64,000 bases of DNA from Malacoraja senta (taxonomy: Eukaryota). The notes beneath the pieces were generated by a model, which saw only the letters and a list, made by a program, of their open reading frames with translations, did not search any database and was not told the origin of the DNA. The position numbers and the translations under genes are program-made. Below, in pieces: positions 23,854 to 36,880 of the stretch (position 1 is its first letter; every line of letters starts with the position of its first letter). The stretch is taken from the NCBI GenBank assembly GCA_038087875.1, contig CM075993.1:6574001-6638000 (forward strand). Reading direction: 5' to 3'.

Positions 23854-25689
23854 CTATAACTCCATCTCTCGTGAAATATAGCTTAGAGAGGAATTCCAAG
23901 ACATCTGTTATACATACCGTGTCATACGATATATTGGACTGTAAACAGAACACTTGCCATTCCTTGACATAGGAGATGTACTGTTCCTTGGTACTATCTC
24001 TTCAGGCCGCAGTGATTACATCCACCGTACAACCCGACAGTCCGTACCCCAGGAAAAGTCTTCTCATAGTCTGTAAACCAACAATTTGATTCACTTATGC
24101 AGTGGATGGTTCTCCCCAGTCCCGTGATAAACCAGCAGATTTCTGCGTTTGGGAATAGCCATAAAAGGCTCTGTTATATTCCCTAGTATGAGTAGACCCA
24201 TGGCTGAGTAGGCCAGTCAGGCACTATCATAAGCCTGAGGCGGAGTTTTGCTGAACTTAAAGCAAGCAACCGACTGATGAGACAAAATGGAGGAAGGACA
24301 TAAAGAACATTCCTCCATAGGGTAGCGAGAATGCATCCATCGCCACTGCCCCTGAGAATGGCCGCCATGCCAGATATTTTTGCCACTGGCGATTGAGACT
24401 AGATGCAAACAAATCGATATTTGGTGTTCCATCGAGCCACAATGTCATTAAATACTTTGTGATCCAACATCCATTCTGTGTTGTCATTGATTTACGTGAT
24501 GATACACCAACGCCAAATGAGGTTAGGTAAACTATCACAGGATATTGACTTGATTGCACCCATGTGATTAATATATGCCACCACCGTAGTGTGTCAACTA
24601 GAAGTTGAGCATGCGGAAATGCATATTCCCACAATAAGCCTTTAACCCATAAAACGCACCTAGTGACTTTAGGTAGTTGATACCATATAACTGAGGGATT
24701 GGTAACTCATGCACATCCCATCCGCCTCTGGGACTAGAGATGGGATAGTAACTTCCCATCTCTGATCACTAGCATCAGTTTGAAATATAACTGAAGGTTA
24801 ATGACCAAACGTACTGGAGCAATGCTGAATACTGTTTGTCCATCATTGTGACTTTATAGCTTCAGCTGGTAATAGCATAGGTCTTTTAACAATGACCTTC
24901 ATGGTACTTGAAAGCTTGCTCCTTTGCATGACGTAAGTTCTGATAATACAAAGGCCCCAATTACGCAGCTGAAAACAGCCACTAAATTGCCAATTACACT
25001 GGCCACATGATGAATAAGCAACAAGATTGTTACAAGTTTCCATTAATCCTAATCTCTTGCCCCAGGGCGGAGTCACAGACAATTAATAGAGTTAAAGGTA
25101 AATCGCAATCTGTAACTCTAGTTGGTATCAACTTAAATTTAACTGGATGGATGAGAAACCGCAATTCCTCAAATGTTAGTTTTGCGGCTGAATCAGCTAA
25201 TTTAGCAAGATTCAGCGTTTTTAGAATATCATCCAGCTGGACATAAATATGTATTTTTCAGCTTTGAGCAGCCCAAACACTGGCTTGGTAATGTGGTAAA
25301 TAACCTGGGAGCTGTAGTTAGCCCATTTTGCAACGTTTTAACTGCTATCGTTGACCATCCTCTCTAAGAGAGGGAGATAGAATGTAGCCCTGCACGAGGC
25401 GCTGCTGTAGGTCCCTGATAAGACCTGCGCTGATATGGCCCCGTCCACGGACCATATCAGGATGGAACATCTCCTCAGTGGGATGCCCATGGAGGGGAAA
25501 CCTCCTTTCCTCTTCCCTATGCTCCCTTCCTCAGAGAGGGAGATATAATCCAGCCCTGCACCAGGCGCTGCCGCGGGCCCCGAGACCCGCGCTGATGTGA
25601 CTCCGTTCCTTAGAGTGTATCATCTCAGGATGCTCCCCACTGCAGGGGCGAACCCTCACGGCTAAACTTATCGGGGGTATCCGGCCTGC

Positions 25690-25975
25690 CGAGCCAGTCT
25701 CCCCACGCAGCTGGGATTTCCAACGGTCTCCGCAGCCTGGTAACCCTGAGCCGGATTTTCTCCCGCGGAGCCGGGATTTCCCGCCGTCTCCACAGCCGGG
25801 TTTTCCTGAGATGGGGTTCCCCACGCGGAGCCGGCTTCCCCGCGGTCTCCGCAGCCGGGTTTTCCGAAGCAGGGATTCCCCGCTGTCTCCGCAGCGAGGT
25901 TTTCCCGAGCAGGGGTTCCCCAGGCGGAGCCGGGATTTCCCGCGGTCTCCGCAGCCGGGTTTCCCCCGAGCCGAA
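25690..25975. repeat. GC-rich degenerate minisatellite (periods of about 60, 60, 40, 60) in the DIRS 5' region
   Basis: Recurrent gtctccgcagccgggttt and cggagccgggatttccc. Confidence 0.75.
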
Positions 25976-28229
25976 TGTCATTTAGCAGGAACTCTATAAA
26001 AGAGCTTCCTGCAGGAGAAAGCACAACCTGAAATATGTTCGAAACTTACCTTCAGGTTCTGAAACTTACCGCTGGAGGAGCAGCGCGCCTGCCAGCCAGT
26101 CGTGCGCCATGCGCTAGACGTAATGACGCGCATGCGGGCTTCTATTCACGTAGTCACTCACGTGACTCTGAAGTAAAATAGCCTGATGGCTGTAGGGAAG
26201 TAGCTGCTCCTGAACCTGGACATTACAGTTCTCAGGCTCCTGTACCTTCTTCCAGATGGCAGTGGTGAGATGAGTGTGTGGCCAGGATGGTGTGGGTCTT
26301 TGATGATGCTGGCTGTCTTTTTGAGGCAGCGACTCCGAAAAATCCCTTTGATGGTGGAGAGGTCAGAGCCGGTGATGGACTGGGCAGTGTTCACAACTTT
26401 TTGCAGTCTTTTCCGCTCTTGGACGTTCAAGTTGCCGAACCAAGTCATGATGCAACCAGTCAATGTGCTCTCTACGGTGCAACTGTAGAAGTTCAAGAGC
26501 ATCCTGTTTGACATACCGAATCTCTGTAATCTTCTCAGGAAGTAGAGGCGCTGATGTGCTTACTTTATGATTGCATCAGTGTGTTGAGTACTGGAAAGAT
26601 CGTCGGAAATATGCACGCCCAGGAATTTGAAGTTTTTGATTCTCTCCACCATCGTCCCATTGATGTAAACAGGATTGTGGGTCCTCATCTTTCCTCTTCC
26701 AAAGTCCACAATCAGTTCCTTGGTTTCACTGGTGTTGAGAACCAGGTTATTGTGCTGGCACCATTTGGTCAGTCGGTCGATCTCACTTCTATACTCTGAC
26801 TCGTCCCCATCAGTAATCCGTCCACAACGGTGGTGTCATCGGCGAACTTGAAGATGGAGTTCGCACTACACAGTCATGGGTATAGAGTGAGTAAAGCAGG
26901 GTGCTGAGCACTCAGCCTTGAGGTGCTCCCGTACTGATTGTTAACAAGGAAGCAGTATTTCTGCCAATTCGAATAGACTTGTGGTCTGCAGTCTGTGGAT
27001 GAGGAAGTCGAAGATCCAATTGCAGAGGGATGCGCAGAGACCCAGTTCCGTAAGCTTGGTAACCAGCTTTTTTTTTGTATCAAAAAATAATTTATTTCAT
27101 TTCAACACGATACAAAAACCAAAAAACCAAAACCGTGGTGACATCCCCACCAACACGTTACAAAATCATCAAGCAACTATGCTACAAATATTCTAATAAC
27201 TACTATACATCCCCGGTAAAGGGGCAAGCATCTGGCTGGGGCAAAGCCCTCTTCCGCCTGGTGCCGTGATCGCAGATGGCCAGCTTGGCCAAAGGCCTAG
27301 GAACAACCCAACCAGGACATCTTCAGCCCTGCCCACTCCCGAGATCCCGTCACCAGTCCTTCGGTCACTGACAGCAGAGCCACACCTCCCATTGCCGACC
27401 CTAGGTGGAGTGGTGGTGCTCCTTGCCCTCCGGACCCTGGCTACAAGGGACGCTCTACTGGTCCATCTACCCTCAACAGGAACGACGCTGCTCTTGGTCT
27501 TGTCGTCCTTCCCCAGGTCGTCCAAGAAGGATATGAGCTGACGCCGGTCGCTCCCCTTCACCCCCTTGCCCCTCCCCCTCCTTCTGAGGATGAGGTTCAG
27601 CGAGCTGGTGAGCCCTTGTTAGTTCGGCCACGGAAGGGAGGACAGTCTGGGCCGATGTTGGGCTCCCTCGGTGACCGTGATGAACTCGCGGATCTCCTCC
27701 ACTGGAATGAGTGGAGTTACGTTGGGGGGAGCGAGAACATCCATTGACTCATTGTGCGAGGAGTCCCCTTCCACCCGCTCACTGCAGATGGAGTCACCAT
27801 CCCCATCCCCGGACACACCCTTAGTGCTCGATACTCCCGCCCCACCCTGTACGGTGGTTGCCTCTTCCCCACCCGCTGGTCTCTCCTCCACCTCAGTCCC
27901 AACCCTGGGGCCAGTGGCAGAGGGGCCTTCCCCAATGTACCCGGGGATTCAAGACCATCGACAGTGGGGGCGACTATCCCTCCCTCCCCAACAGGAAACT
28001 CCCCCTGGTCCAAATCACCCAAGTGGTCCCCATCACCACCCTCCCCAGAATCCCCTCCAGAACATGGGACCGGGGCCCGAACCAGAGGGCGGGAGTCTTC
28101 CTCCACCACATTATTCCCCTCCCCCCTGGAGGATTCCCATTCGTCCCCCTTCCGCTCCTCCCTAGAGAGATTCCTCCTTCTCTTTTTCTTTGGGGAGGAG
28201 CTCACAGACTCTGGGGTCACCTGAGCAAC

Positions 28230-31200
28230 ATAGAAACATAGAAAATAGGTGCAGGAGTAGGCCATTCGGCCCTTCGAGCCTGCACCGCCATTCAATATGA
28301 TCATGGCTGATCATCCAACTCAGTATCCTGTACCTGCTTTCTCTCCATACCCCCTGATCCCTTTAGCCACAAGGGCCACATCTAACTCCCTCTTAAATAT
28401 AGCCAATGAACTGGCCTCAACTACATTCTGTGGCAGAGAATTCCAGAGATTCACCACTCTCTGTGTAAAAAATGTTTTTCTCATCTCAGTCCTAAAAGAT
28501 TTCCCCTTTATCCTTAAACTGCGACCCCTTGTTCTTGACTTCCCCAACATCGGGAACAATCTTCCTGCATCTAGCCTGTCCAACCCCTTAAGAATTTTGT
28601 AAGTTTCTATAAGATCCCCCCTCAATCTTCTAAATTCTAGCGAATACAAGCCGAGTCTATCCAGTCTTTCTTTATATGAAAGTCCTGACATCCCAGGAAT
28701 CAGTCTGGTGAACCTTCTCTGTACTCCCTCAATGGCAAGAATGTCCTTCCTCAGATTAGGAGACCAAAACTGTACGCAATACTCCAGGTGTGGTCTCACC
28801 AAGACCCTGTACAACTGCAGTAGAACCTCCCTGCTCCTATACTCAAATCCTTTTGCTATGAATGCTAACATACCATTCGCTTTCTTCACTGCCTGCTGCA
28901 CCTGCATGCCTACTTTCAATGACTGGTGTACCATGACACCCAGGTCTCGTTGCATCTCCCCTTTTCCTAATCGGCCACCATTCAGGTAATAGTCTACTTT
29001 CCAGTTTTTGCCACCAAAGTGGATAACCTCACATTTATCCACATTATACTGCATCTGCCATGCATTTGCCCACTCACCTAGCCTATCCAAGTCATCTTGC
29101 AGCCTCCTAGCACCCTCCTCACAGCTAACACTGCCCCCCAGCTTCGTGTCATCTGCAAACTTGGAGATGTTGCATTCAATTCCCTCGTCCAAATCATTAA
29201 TATATATTGTAAATAGCTGGAGTCCCAGCACTGAGCCTTGCGGTATCCCACGAGTCACTGCCTGCCATTCTGAAAAGGACCCGTTTACTCCTACTCTTTG
29301 CTTCCTGTCTGCCAGGCATGTTCTCTATCCACATCAATACTGAACCCCCAATACCGTGTGCTTTAAGTTTGTATATTAATATCTTATGTGGGACCTTGTC
29401 GAAAGCCTTCCGAAAGTCCAGATATAACACATCCACTGGTTCTCCCTTATCCACTCTACTAGTTACATCCTCTAAAAATTCTATAAGATTCGTCAGACAT
29501 GATTTACCTTTCATAAATCCATGCTGACTTTGTCCAATGATTTCACCATTTTCCAAATGTGCTGCTATCCCATCTTTAATAACTGACTCTAGCTTCCCCA
29601 CTACCGATGTTAGACTAACTGGTCTATAATTCCCCGTTTTCTCTCTTCTTCCCTTTCTAAAAAGTGGGGTTACATTAGCTACCCTCCAATCCTCAGGAAC
29701 TACTCCTGAATCTAAAGAGTTTTGAAAAATTATCACTAATGCATCCACTATTTCTGGGGCTACTTCCTTAAGTACTCTGGGATGCAGCCTATCTGGCCCT
29801 GGGGATTTATCGGCCTTTAATCCATTCAATTTACCTAACACCACTTCCCGGCTAAACTGGATTTCACTCAGTTCCTCCATCTCATTTGACCCTCGGTCCC
29901 CTGCTATTTCCGGCAGATTAATTAAGTCTTCCTTAGTGAAGACAGAACCAAAGTAGTTATTCAATTGGTCTGCCAAACTGGGATGAACAATTGTTGTAGT
30001 TCATCCATGCAGTCTTTAAATGCCTTCCATTGCATACCCACCGTCAACCTTTTAAGAATCAATTGCCAGTCTATCTTGGCAAGTTCACGTCATACCCTCA
30101 AAGTTACTTTTCTTTAAGTTCAGAACCCTTGTTTCTGAATTAATTATGTCACTCTCCATCCTAATGAAGAACTCAACCATATTATGGTCACTCTTGCCCA
30201 AGGGGCCACGCACAACAAGACTGCTAACTAACCCTTCCTCATTACTCAATACCCAGTCTAGAATAGCCTGCTCTCTCGTTGGTTCCTCTACATGTTGATT
30301 TAGAAAACTATCCCGCATACATTCCAAGAAATCCTCTTCCTCAGCACCCCTGCCAATTTGATTCACCCAATCTATATGTAGAATGAAGTCACCCATTATA
30401 ACCGTTTTACCTTTGTTGCACGCATTTCTAATTTCCTGTTTGATGACATCCCCAACTCCACTATGACTGTTAGGTGGCCTGTACACAACTCCCACTAGTG
30501 TTTTCTGCCCCTTAGTGTTTCGCAGCTCTACCCATATCGATTCCACATCCTCCAAGCTAATGTCCTTCCTTTCTATTGCGTTAATCTCCTCTCTAACCAG
30601 CAACGCTACCCCACCTCCTTTTCATTTCTGTCTATCCCTCCTGAATATTGAATATCACTGGATGTTCAGCTCCCAGCCTTGGTCACCCTGGAGCCATGTC
30701 TCCGTGATCCCAACTATATCATAGTCATTAATAGCTATCTGCACATTCAACTCATCCACCTTATTACAAATGCTCCTTGCATTGAGACACAAAGCCTTCA
30801 GGCTTGTTTTTACAACACTCTTACCCCTTATACAATTATGTTGAAAAATGGCCCTTTTGATTTTTGCCCTGGACTTGTCTGCCTACCACTTTTACTTTTC
30901 ACCTTGCTACCTATTGCTTCTACCCTCATTTTACACCCCTCTGTCTCTCTGCTCACACATTTAAGAAACCCACCACCTCTTATTCTCTGTTTATTATCTT
31001 TTTCTTCTTTCCCCCTACCTGTTGGGTCTGAGAGCTTCCCTTCTCTGCCTCCTGCCTCACACACTGTCTACTAGCTTTCTCTATTTGAGTCCCTCCCCCC
31101 AACCGTTCTAGTTTAAAGTCTCCCCAGTAGCCTTTGCAAATCTCCCCGCCAGGATATTGGTCCCCCTCGGGTTCAAGTGCCAACCCGTCCTTTTTGTACA

Positions 31201-32321
31201 GGTCACACCTTCCCCAAAAGAGGTTCCAATGATCCAGAAACTTGAATCCATACCCACTGCACCAGTCCTTCAGCCACACATTTATCCTCCACCTCGCTCC
31301 ATTCCTACTCTCACTGTCGCGTGGCACAGGCAGTAATCCTGAGATTGTTACCTTTGCGGTCCTTTTCCTTAACTCTCTTCCTAACTCCCTAAATTCTCCT
31401 TTCAGGACCTCTTCCCTTTTTCTACCTATGTCATTGGTACCTATATGTACCACGACCTCAGGCTCCTCTCCCTCCCATTTCAGGATATCTTGGACATGTT
31501 CAGACACATCCCAGACCCTGGCACCAGGGAGGCAAACTTATTTTCCTTACCCCTCTGAGCAACAGGGCCGGTCTCTGTACCGGAGGCCCGGCCGCTGTCG
31601 CTACCCCCAGGTAGGCTGTCACCCCCAACAGTACTCAAACAGGAGTACTTATTGTCAAGGTGTACAGCCATCGGGGTACTCTCTAGTCCCTGCCTCTGCC
31701 CCTTGCCCCTCCTAACTGTGACCCACTTGTCTGTCTCCCGTGGTTTTGGAGTGACCACCTCTCTATAACTCCTCTCTATGACCTCCTCACTCTCCCTGAC
31801 CAGACGGAGGTCATCGAGCTGCTGCTCCAGGTTCCTAACACAGTCCCTTAGGAGCCCCATCTCGACGCACCTGGCGCAGATGTGGACGTCTGGAGGGCTA
31901 TCAGACTCCATGACTTCCCACATCTGACATCCAGAACAGTAAACTGCCCTGGCCCTCATACCCTGGATACAATACAAAGTGCAATACTATACAATACAAA
32001 GTGCTGGAAGAACTCAGCAGGGATCTGACACCCAATCAGCTGCTTCCTCTAGTCCGCTTCCACCAATCAGCGGCTTGTTTTGAACTGTGGAATGCGAATG
32101 GAACGTTACAGATTTAGGTTCCTCCCTCATCAACGGTTCCTGGGCCTCTGTAAAACAAGCCCCGCGGTCGAGGATTATACTCACAGCCCGGACACCGTTC
32201 CTCCCTCATCAACGGTTCCTGGGCCTCTGTAAAACAAGCCCCGCGGTCGAGGATTATACTCACAGCCCGGACACCGTTCCTCCCTCATCAACGGTTCCTG
32301 GGCCTCTGTAAACCAAGCCCC
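28230..32321 (-). mobile_element. Near full-length CR1 LINE (ORF1 Zn-finger plus SGNH esterase; ORF2 APE-RT), mutated and internally deleted
   Basis: ORF1 YCSGC...HICARC and VVHIGTND. ORF2 GVVYRPP, KSDH, SQHGF, PQGSVLG and KFADDTK. (TTCTATGT)n-type tail. Duplicated gcaac at 28225-28229 and 32322-32326. 322 bp are missing relative to the copy at 48968-52470. Confidence 0.92.
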
Positions 32322-32323
32322 GC
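32118..32323. repeat. 79-bp tandem repeat (about 2.6 units) forming the CR1 5' UTR
   Basis: Units start at 32118, 32197 and 32276. Confidence 0.9.
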
Positions 32324-32684
32324 AACCTTCCTCTGTTGCACCCCCTCCTCCCGCGCGATCCCCACCACCCCCGGCTGGATTATGGGGCTTGCGGACTCCC
32401 TAACGGGAGGTGACCGGATGGGTGGAACATACTTGTCTCTGAGGGTTTTGTTCCCCATGTGTTTAACCTTCTTTGCCACCTTGCCCCCCTTCTTTTGACC
32501 CTCCCCACCCCCACACACGCTCTGCGCAATCCCAGGGTTCACTGACTCAACTACATGGGGGTGGGAGCAGGGGTGGGAGCGGGGGGGGGGGGGGGTGGGG
32601 GGGGGTTAGTGGCACTGGAGGCGGAGGCCCCCGCCCGAGATTTGGGGCAATTCCTCCGAATATGTCCCACGTCCTTGCAGGCAT

Positions 32685-33044
32685 AATAATAATAATAATA
32701 ATGGATGGGATTTATATAGCGCCTTTCTAATACTCAAGGCGCATTACATCGCATTATTCATTCACTCCTCAGTCACACTCGGTGGTGGTGAGCTGCTTCT
32801 GTAGCCACAGCTGCCCTGGGGCAGACTGACGGAAACGTGCCTGCTAATCTGCGCCTACGGCCCCTCCGACCACCACCAATCACTCACACACATTCACACA
32901 CATTCACACACATTCACACGCAGGCAAAGGTGGGTGAAGTGTCTTGCCCAAGGACACAATGACAGTATGCACTCCAAGCGAGATTCGAACCGGCTACCTT
33001 CCGGTTGCCAGCCGAACACTTAGCCCATTGCGCCATCTGTCGAC
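32685..33044 (-). mobile_element. tRNA-derived SINE with a CORE-like middle and L2-type tail (a different family from HE1)
   Basis: A box (tggcgcaatgg), B box (ggttcgaatc), ccttgggcaagacac, (TGTGTGAA)n-type repeats, gcgccttgag..gaaaggcgctatataaat and a (TAT)n tail. TSD caggcat at 32678-32684 and 33045-33051. Confidence 0.85.
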
Positions 33045-33630
33045 CAGGCATGGCACCTTGGGTACTCTGATGTCCAGACGATGGTAAAATCACGGCCATC
33101 CTGCTGGACACGGAAGCGCCCGTCAACTTCCTCCTCCCGGTCCAGCGCCATCGTCAGCTGGCGCCGGATGGAAAGAATGTGCCGCAGCTCCTTCCTGCGG
33201 AACCCCTGGGATATCGGGGTGGTGTCCGTGAGGACCTTCCCCAGGGTGTGAAGGTGGGGAAGGAGGGCCTCGTTTGTAATGCAGGGCGGGACGTTGGACA
33301 AGACCACCCGCTGCGTGATGGATCCTATGGGCTCGACCTGCAAAAAAACTCCCCCCACGGAGACCCCTTTACTCACGGCTGCGTTCACCTCCAGCTTTTT
33401 GTGTCTATCTTTTTTTATATATATGTACCTATTTATATACTGAACTTTATCTCATTTATTATATTGTTTACATATTCTGTTGTGCTGCTACAAGTAAGAA
33501 TGTCATTGTTCTGTCTGGGACACATGGCAGGAAATAAAACACTCTTGAACCTTGACTCCATGTTCGATGTTCAGTGGCTCAATTGCTGTTTCACTGTTTA
33601 CCAGCAGAGGGAGCAGCTAGACCACAGAAT

Positions 33631-34980
33631 GTTTTTAAATTTCAAAATAGACGTTATTCAGGTAATAAATATATACAATACATGAACCGTGCAAAAAAAT
33701 CCATCTGACATTTCCGGAGGTTATACCAATTATTCACTACTGTTTACATACATTGATCAAATTTCACAAATTTCTCCCCCACCCTTGCCACTCATGTGGC
33801 CTACTGGCGTGGAATCCCTTCCCTTATTTTGAGGGGCATCTCCACCACACCGTTCCCCCCCAATGTACAGCAGCGGAAGGACCCTAGACTGTGGTCCTCC
33901 CCCACAGAGCCTTGGCGTTGGCTGCACCGAGCTTCAGTGCGTCCCTCAACACGTACTCCTGCAGTCGGGAGCGGGCCAGTCGGCAACATTTCCTGATGGA
34001 CATCTTGCTCCACTGGGAGGTCAACAAAGCTCGGGCTGACCAAAGAGCGTCTTTCACCGAGTTGATGACCTTCCAGCAGCACTCGATGTCCGTCTCTGAA
34101 TGCGTCCCTGGGAACAGTCCGTAAATCACAGAGTCCTCTGTGACGGAGCTGTTCGGGATAAAGCGTGCCAGGGATCCTTGCATACTTCTCCAGACTCTCT
34201 TTGTGAATCCGCACTCAGCAAAGAGGTGGGCAACCGTCTCCTCTCCATAGCAGCCGTCCCGAGGGCAGCGTGCGCTGGCAGTGAGGTTCCGACGGTGCAG
34301 GGAGGATCTGACTGGGAGGGCTCCCCTCACCGCTAGCGAAGCCAGGTCTTGGTGCTTGTTGGTGAGTTCTGGCAATGAGGCATTTTGCCAGACAAGCTGG
34401 GCAGTCTGCTCTGGGAACCACGTCACTGGATCCATCGAGTCCTTTCCCTGCAGAGCCTGCAGGATGTTCCGTGCTGACCACTGCCCAATGGACATGTGGT
34501 CAAAGGTGTTGGTCCAAAAGAACCTTTCCACAAACGACAGATGGGGCGGCAATGTCCAGCTGACTGGCACATTGCATGGCATTTGCACCAGGCCCATCCT
34601 TCGCAACACCTGGCACAGGTAGAACCTCAGCAGGTAGTGACACTTGGTGCCCACGTGCCTTGGTTCTACGCTCCGCTTGATGCAGCCACACACGAAGGTG
34701 GCCATCACGGCGAGGGCAACGCTTTTACCCCCGTTGTCTGCTGACATGCATTGTGGCCCGTCGCACCTGGTCTATCCTCGACCCCCAGATGAACTGGAAG
34801 ACGGCCCGGATGATCCCTGTGGCGTAGGAGGGAGGGACAGGCCGCACTTGCGCCAATTACAGTAGCCACGAGAGCACCTCACACCTGATTTTTCCCCGTT
34901 ATGGAGAGGGAGCGTTGCTTCCACAGCTCCAGTTTCATCCCCACCTTGGCTATCCGTTCCAGCCAATTCTTGTCACATGT
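33631..34980 (-). mobile_element. Tx1/L1-group LINE ORF2 3' fragment (zf-RVT / CCHC region)
   Basis: GALPVRS.L, CPRDGC.GEETVAHLFAEC and KDALWSAR in ORF 33884-34747. Confidence 0.8.
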
Positions 34981-35396
34981 ACTGAATAAAATTCACCTCT
35001 TCTGCTTGCCTTTGCTGAAGTCCTGTGAGAATTTAATTTAGTTCAGAGAAGACAGCGCGGAAACAGGCCCTTCAGCCCACTGAGTCCGTACCGACCAGCG
35101 ATCCCCGCACATTAACACTATCCTACACACACTAGGGACAATTTACAATTATACCAAGCCAATCAACCTACAAACCTGTACGTCTTTGGAGTGTGGGAGG
35201 AAACCGGAGATCCCGGAGAAAACCCACACGGTCACGGGGAGTATGTGCAAACTCCAGACAGACAGCACCCGTAGTCGGGATCGAACCCAGGTCTCTGGCG
35301 TTGCAAGTGCTGTAAGGCAGCAACTACCGCTGTGCCACCGTTACGCCATTAGACCGTGGGTTCTCTCCGGGTGCTCCGGTATTTTCCCACATTCCA

Positions 35397-35917
35397 AAGA
35401 TGCTGCAGATGTTCTACCAATCAGTGGTAGCCAGTGCCATCTTCTTCGCTGCCGTGTGCCGGGACAGCAGGGCGAAGGCCGTGGACGCCAATAGGATCAA
35501 CAAATTCATCAGGAAGGCTGGCTCCGTCCTGGGGGCGGAGTTGGAGTTGGATTCACGGGAGGTTGGTCTTGGAGGGGAGGATGCTCCTCAAACTGCGGAG
35601 CATCCTGGACAATACAGCTCACCCCCTCCGTGACACACTGGTCAACCTGAGGAGCACCTTCAGCAACAGACTGGTTCCACCAAGATGCAGGACAGAACGC
35701 CACAGGAGATCCTTCTTCCCTGTGGCTATCAAACTGTACAACTCCTCCCCCTTCTGTCATGGGGTAGACTGACTCCCCCCTCCCCCCCCCCCCCAACCTT
35801 TGCACATCCCCAATCCTTGCCACTCGTCACTTTAATTTCATGTTTCACGTATATTGTGTTTTATGACTGTTGGCTGATCAATTTCGCTCCTGGGATAAAT
35901 AAAGTTGTATCGTATCA
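35397..35917 (+). mobile_element. Rex1/Babar-like LINE 3' fragment
   Basis: FYQSVVASAIFFA, HPL...RTER.RRSFFP.AIKLYN, aataaa and a tail. A near-identical copy lies at 59440-59935. Confidence 0.75.
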
Positions 35918-36364
35918 TTTGTAGGCCCTCAGCCTTGAAAGGTTAACGCAGTTTCCTTCTCTACAGATGTTGTCCGACACTAATGTCTCTGGCGTTTTCT
36001 GCCTTTATCTCAGATTTCCAGCAGCAGCATGATTTTTTAAACATACTGCTGTTGTGCTGAGATATCCGTGGAACGTGGACTGATACAGTCTGTCAGAAGG
36101 GAGGGTGCTCTAATCAGCTGGTGCTTTGTTACCCACTCTCCAAAAGAGTTCTTCCTAAAGAGTTTAGAGCTGCAGAAATATGCAGTCTGAAGAAGGGTCT
36201 CGACCCAAAACGTCGCCTATTCCTTCGCTCCATAGATGCTGCCTCACCCGCTGAGTTTCTCCAACATTTTTGTCTACCTTCGATTTTTCCAGCATCTGCA
36301 GTTCTTTCTTAAACAGCTGCAGAAATAACTCTCTGATTCCATGCTGACCATCGTTCACCCGTTC

Positions 36365-36880
36365 ATAATCATAATAATCATCATAATCACACTTTATTAG
36401 CCAAGTATGTTTTGAAACATACAAGGAATTTAATTTGCCATAGCCATACGAATAAACACAAAACACAAAAACACAAAACACATTCTAACATAAACATCCA
36501 CCACAGTGACTCCTCCACATTCCTCACTGTGATGGAAGGCGAAAAAAAGTTCAATCTCTTCCCTTCTTTGTTCTCCCGCGGTCGGGGGCCTCGAGTCTTC
36601 CGTTGACGGGACGATCTTGGCTCCCGTAACCGGCGGCGTTTGGGCCCTCGCGTCGGGGTGATCAAGCTCGAGCATCGGGGGGTGGGTAATCTCAGTTCCC
36701 CCGCGCCGGGCGATTGGACCCCGGGTCGGGGCTGGTCAACCTTCTGTGTAGTTTGGAGCAACCCGAAATCGCTCTCTACCCGAGACTGCGAGCTCATCGA
36801 TGGTGAAATCCACAGGCCAACAACAAAGATGGGCCGCCAAGAGAAGATAAGACCGTACAAAGAACGTTTGTGTACCGTCT
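36365..36880 (-). mobile_element. Unclassified non-coding retroelement with a microsatellite tail (related pieces at 1-60 and 58700-59150)
   Basis: Shared catacttggctaat(a/c)aagt end followed by short tandem-repeat tails. Confidence 0.45.

Larger units (their letters stand above)
21704..26180 (-). mobile_element. Decayed DIRS1-like tyrosine-recombinase retrotransposon
   Basis: YR C-terminus (STRAATTSAA...ILAAAG). Methyltransferase-like motifs IDLFAS, MDAFSL, PPF.LI and PDWPTQPW. Perfect 82-bp inverted repeat at 21704-21785/21932-22013. The far end (about 26123-26150) is inverse-complementary to about 21781-21816. Confidence 0.82.
21368..27067 (-). mobile_element. Rex1/Babar-like LINE 3' fragment (21368-21703 plus 26177-27067), split by a DIRS element
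   Basis: ORF pieces FYSCTVES.LTGCI..W and LPSGRRYRS. The host sequence gtgtttaatag-cctgatggctg rejoins across the DIRS insertion. Confidence 0.7.
27068..33390 (-). mobile_element. Tx1-like element encoding only ORF1 (pieces 33390-33045, 32684-32322, 28229-27068), ending in AATAAA plus poly(A)
   Basis: ORF1 motif RVVLSNVPP.I.NE.L..L..LG, the rejoined zinc knuckle CHACKDVGHIRRNC and C-terminal EEIREF...WP. Candidate TSD ccagcttttt at 27063-27072 and 33391-33400. Confidence 0.72.

Noticed and set aside
24183..24634. DNA adenine methyltransferase-like motifs as a captured or bacterial gene
   Set aside because: This domain is a normal part of DIRS1-like pol ORFs and is fragmented here.
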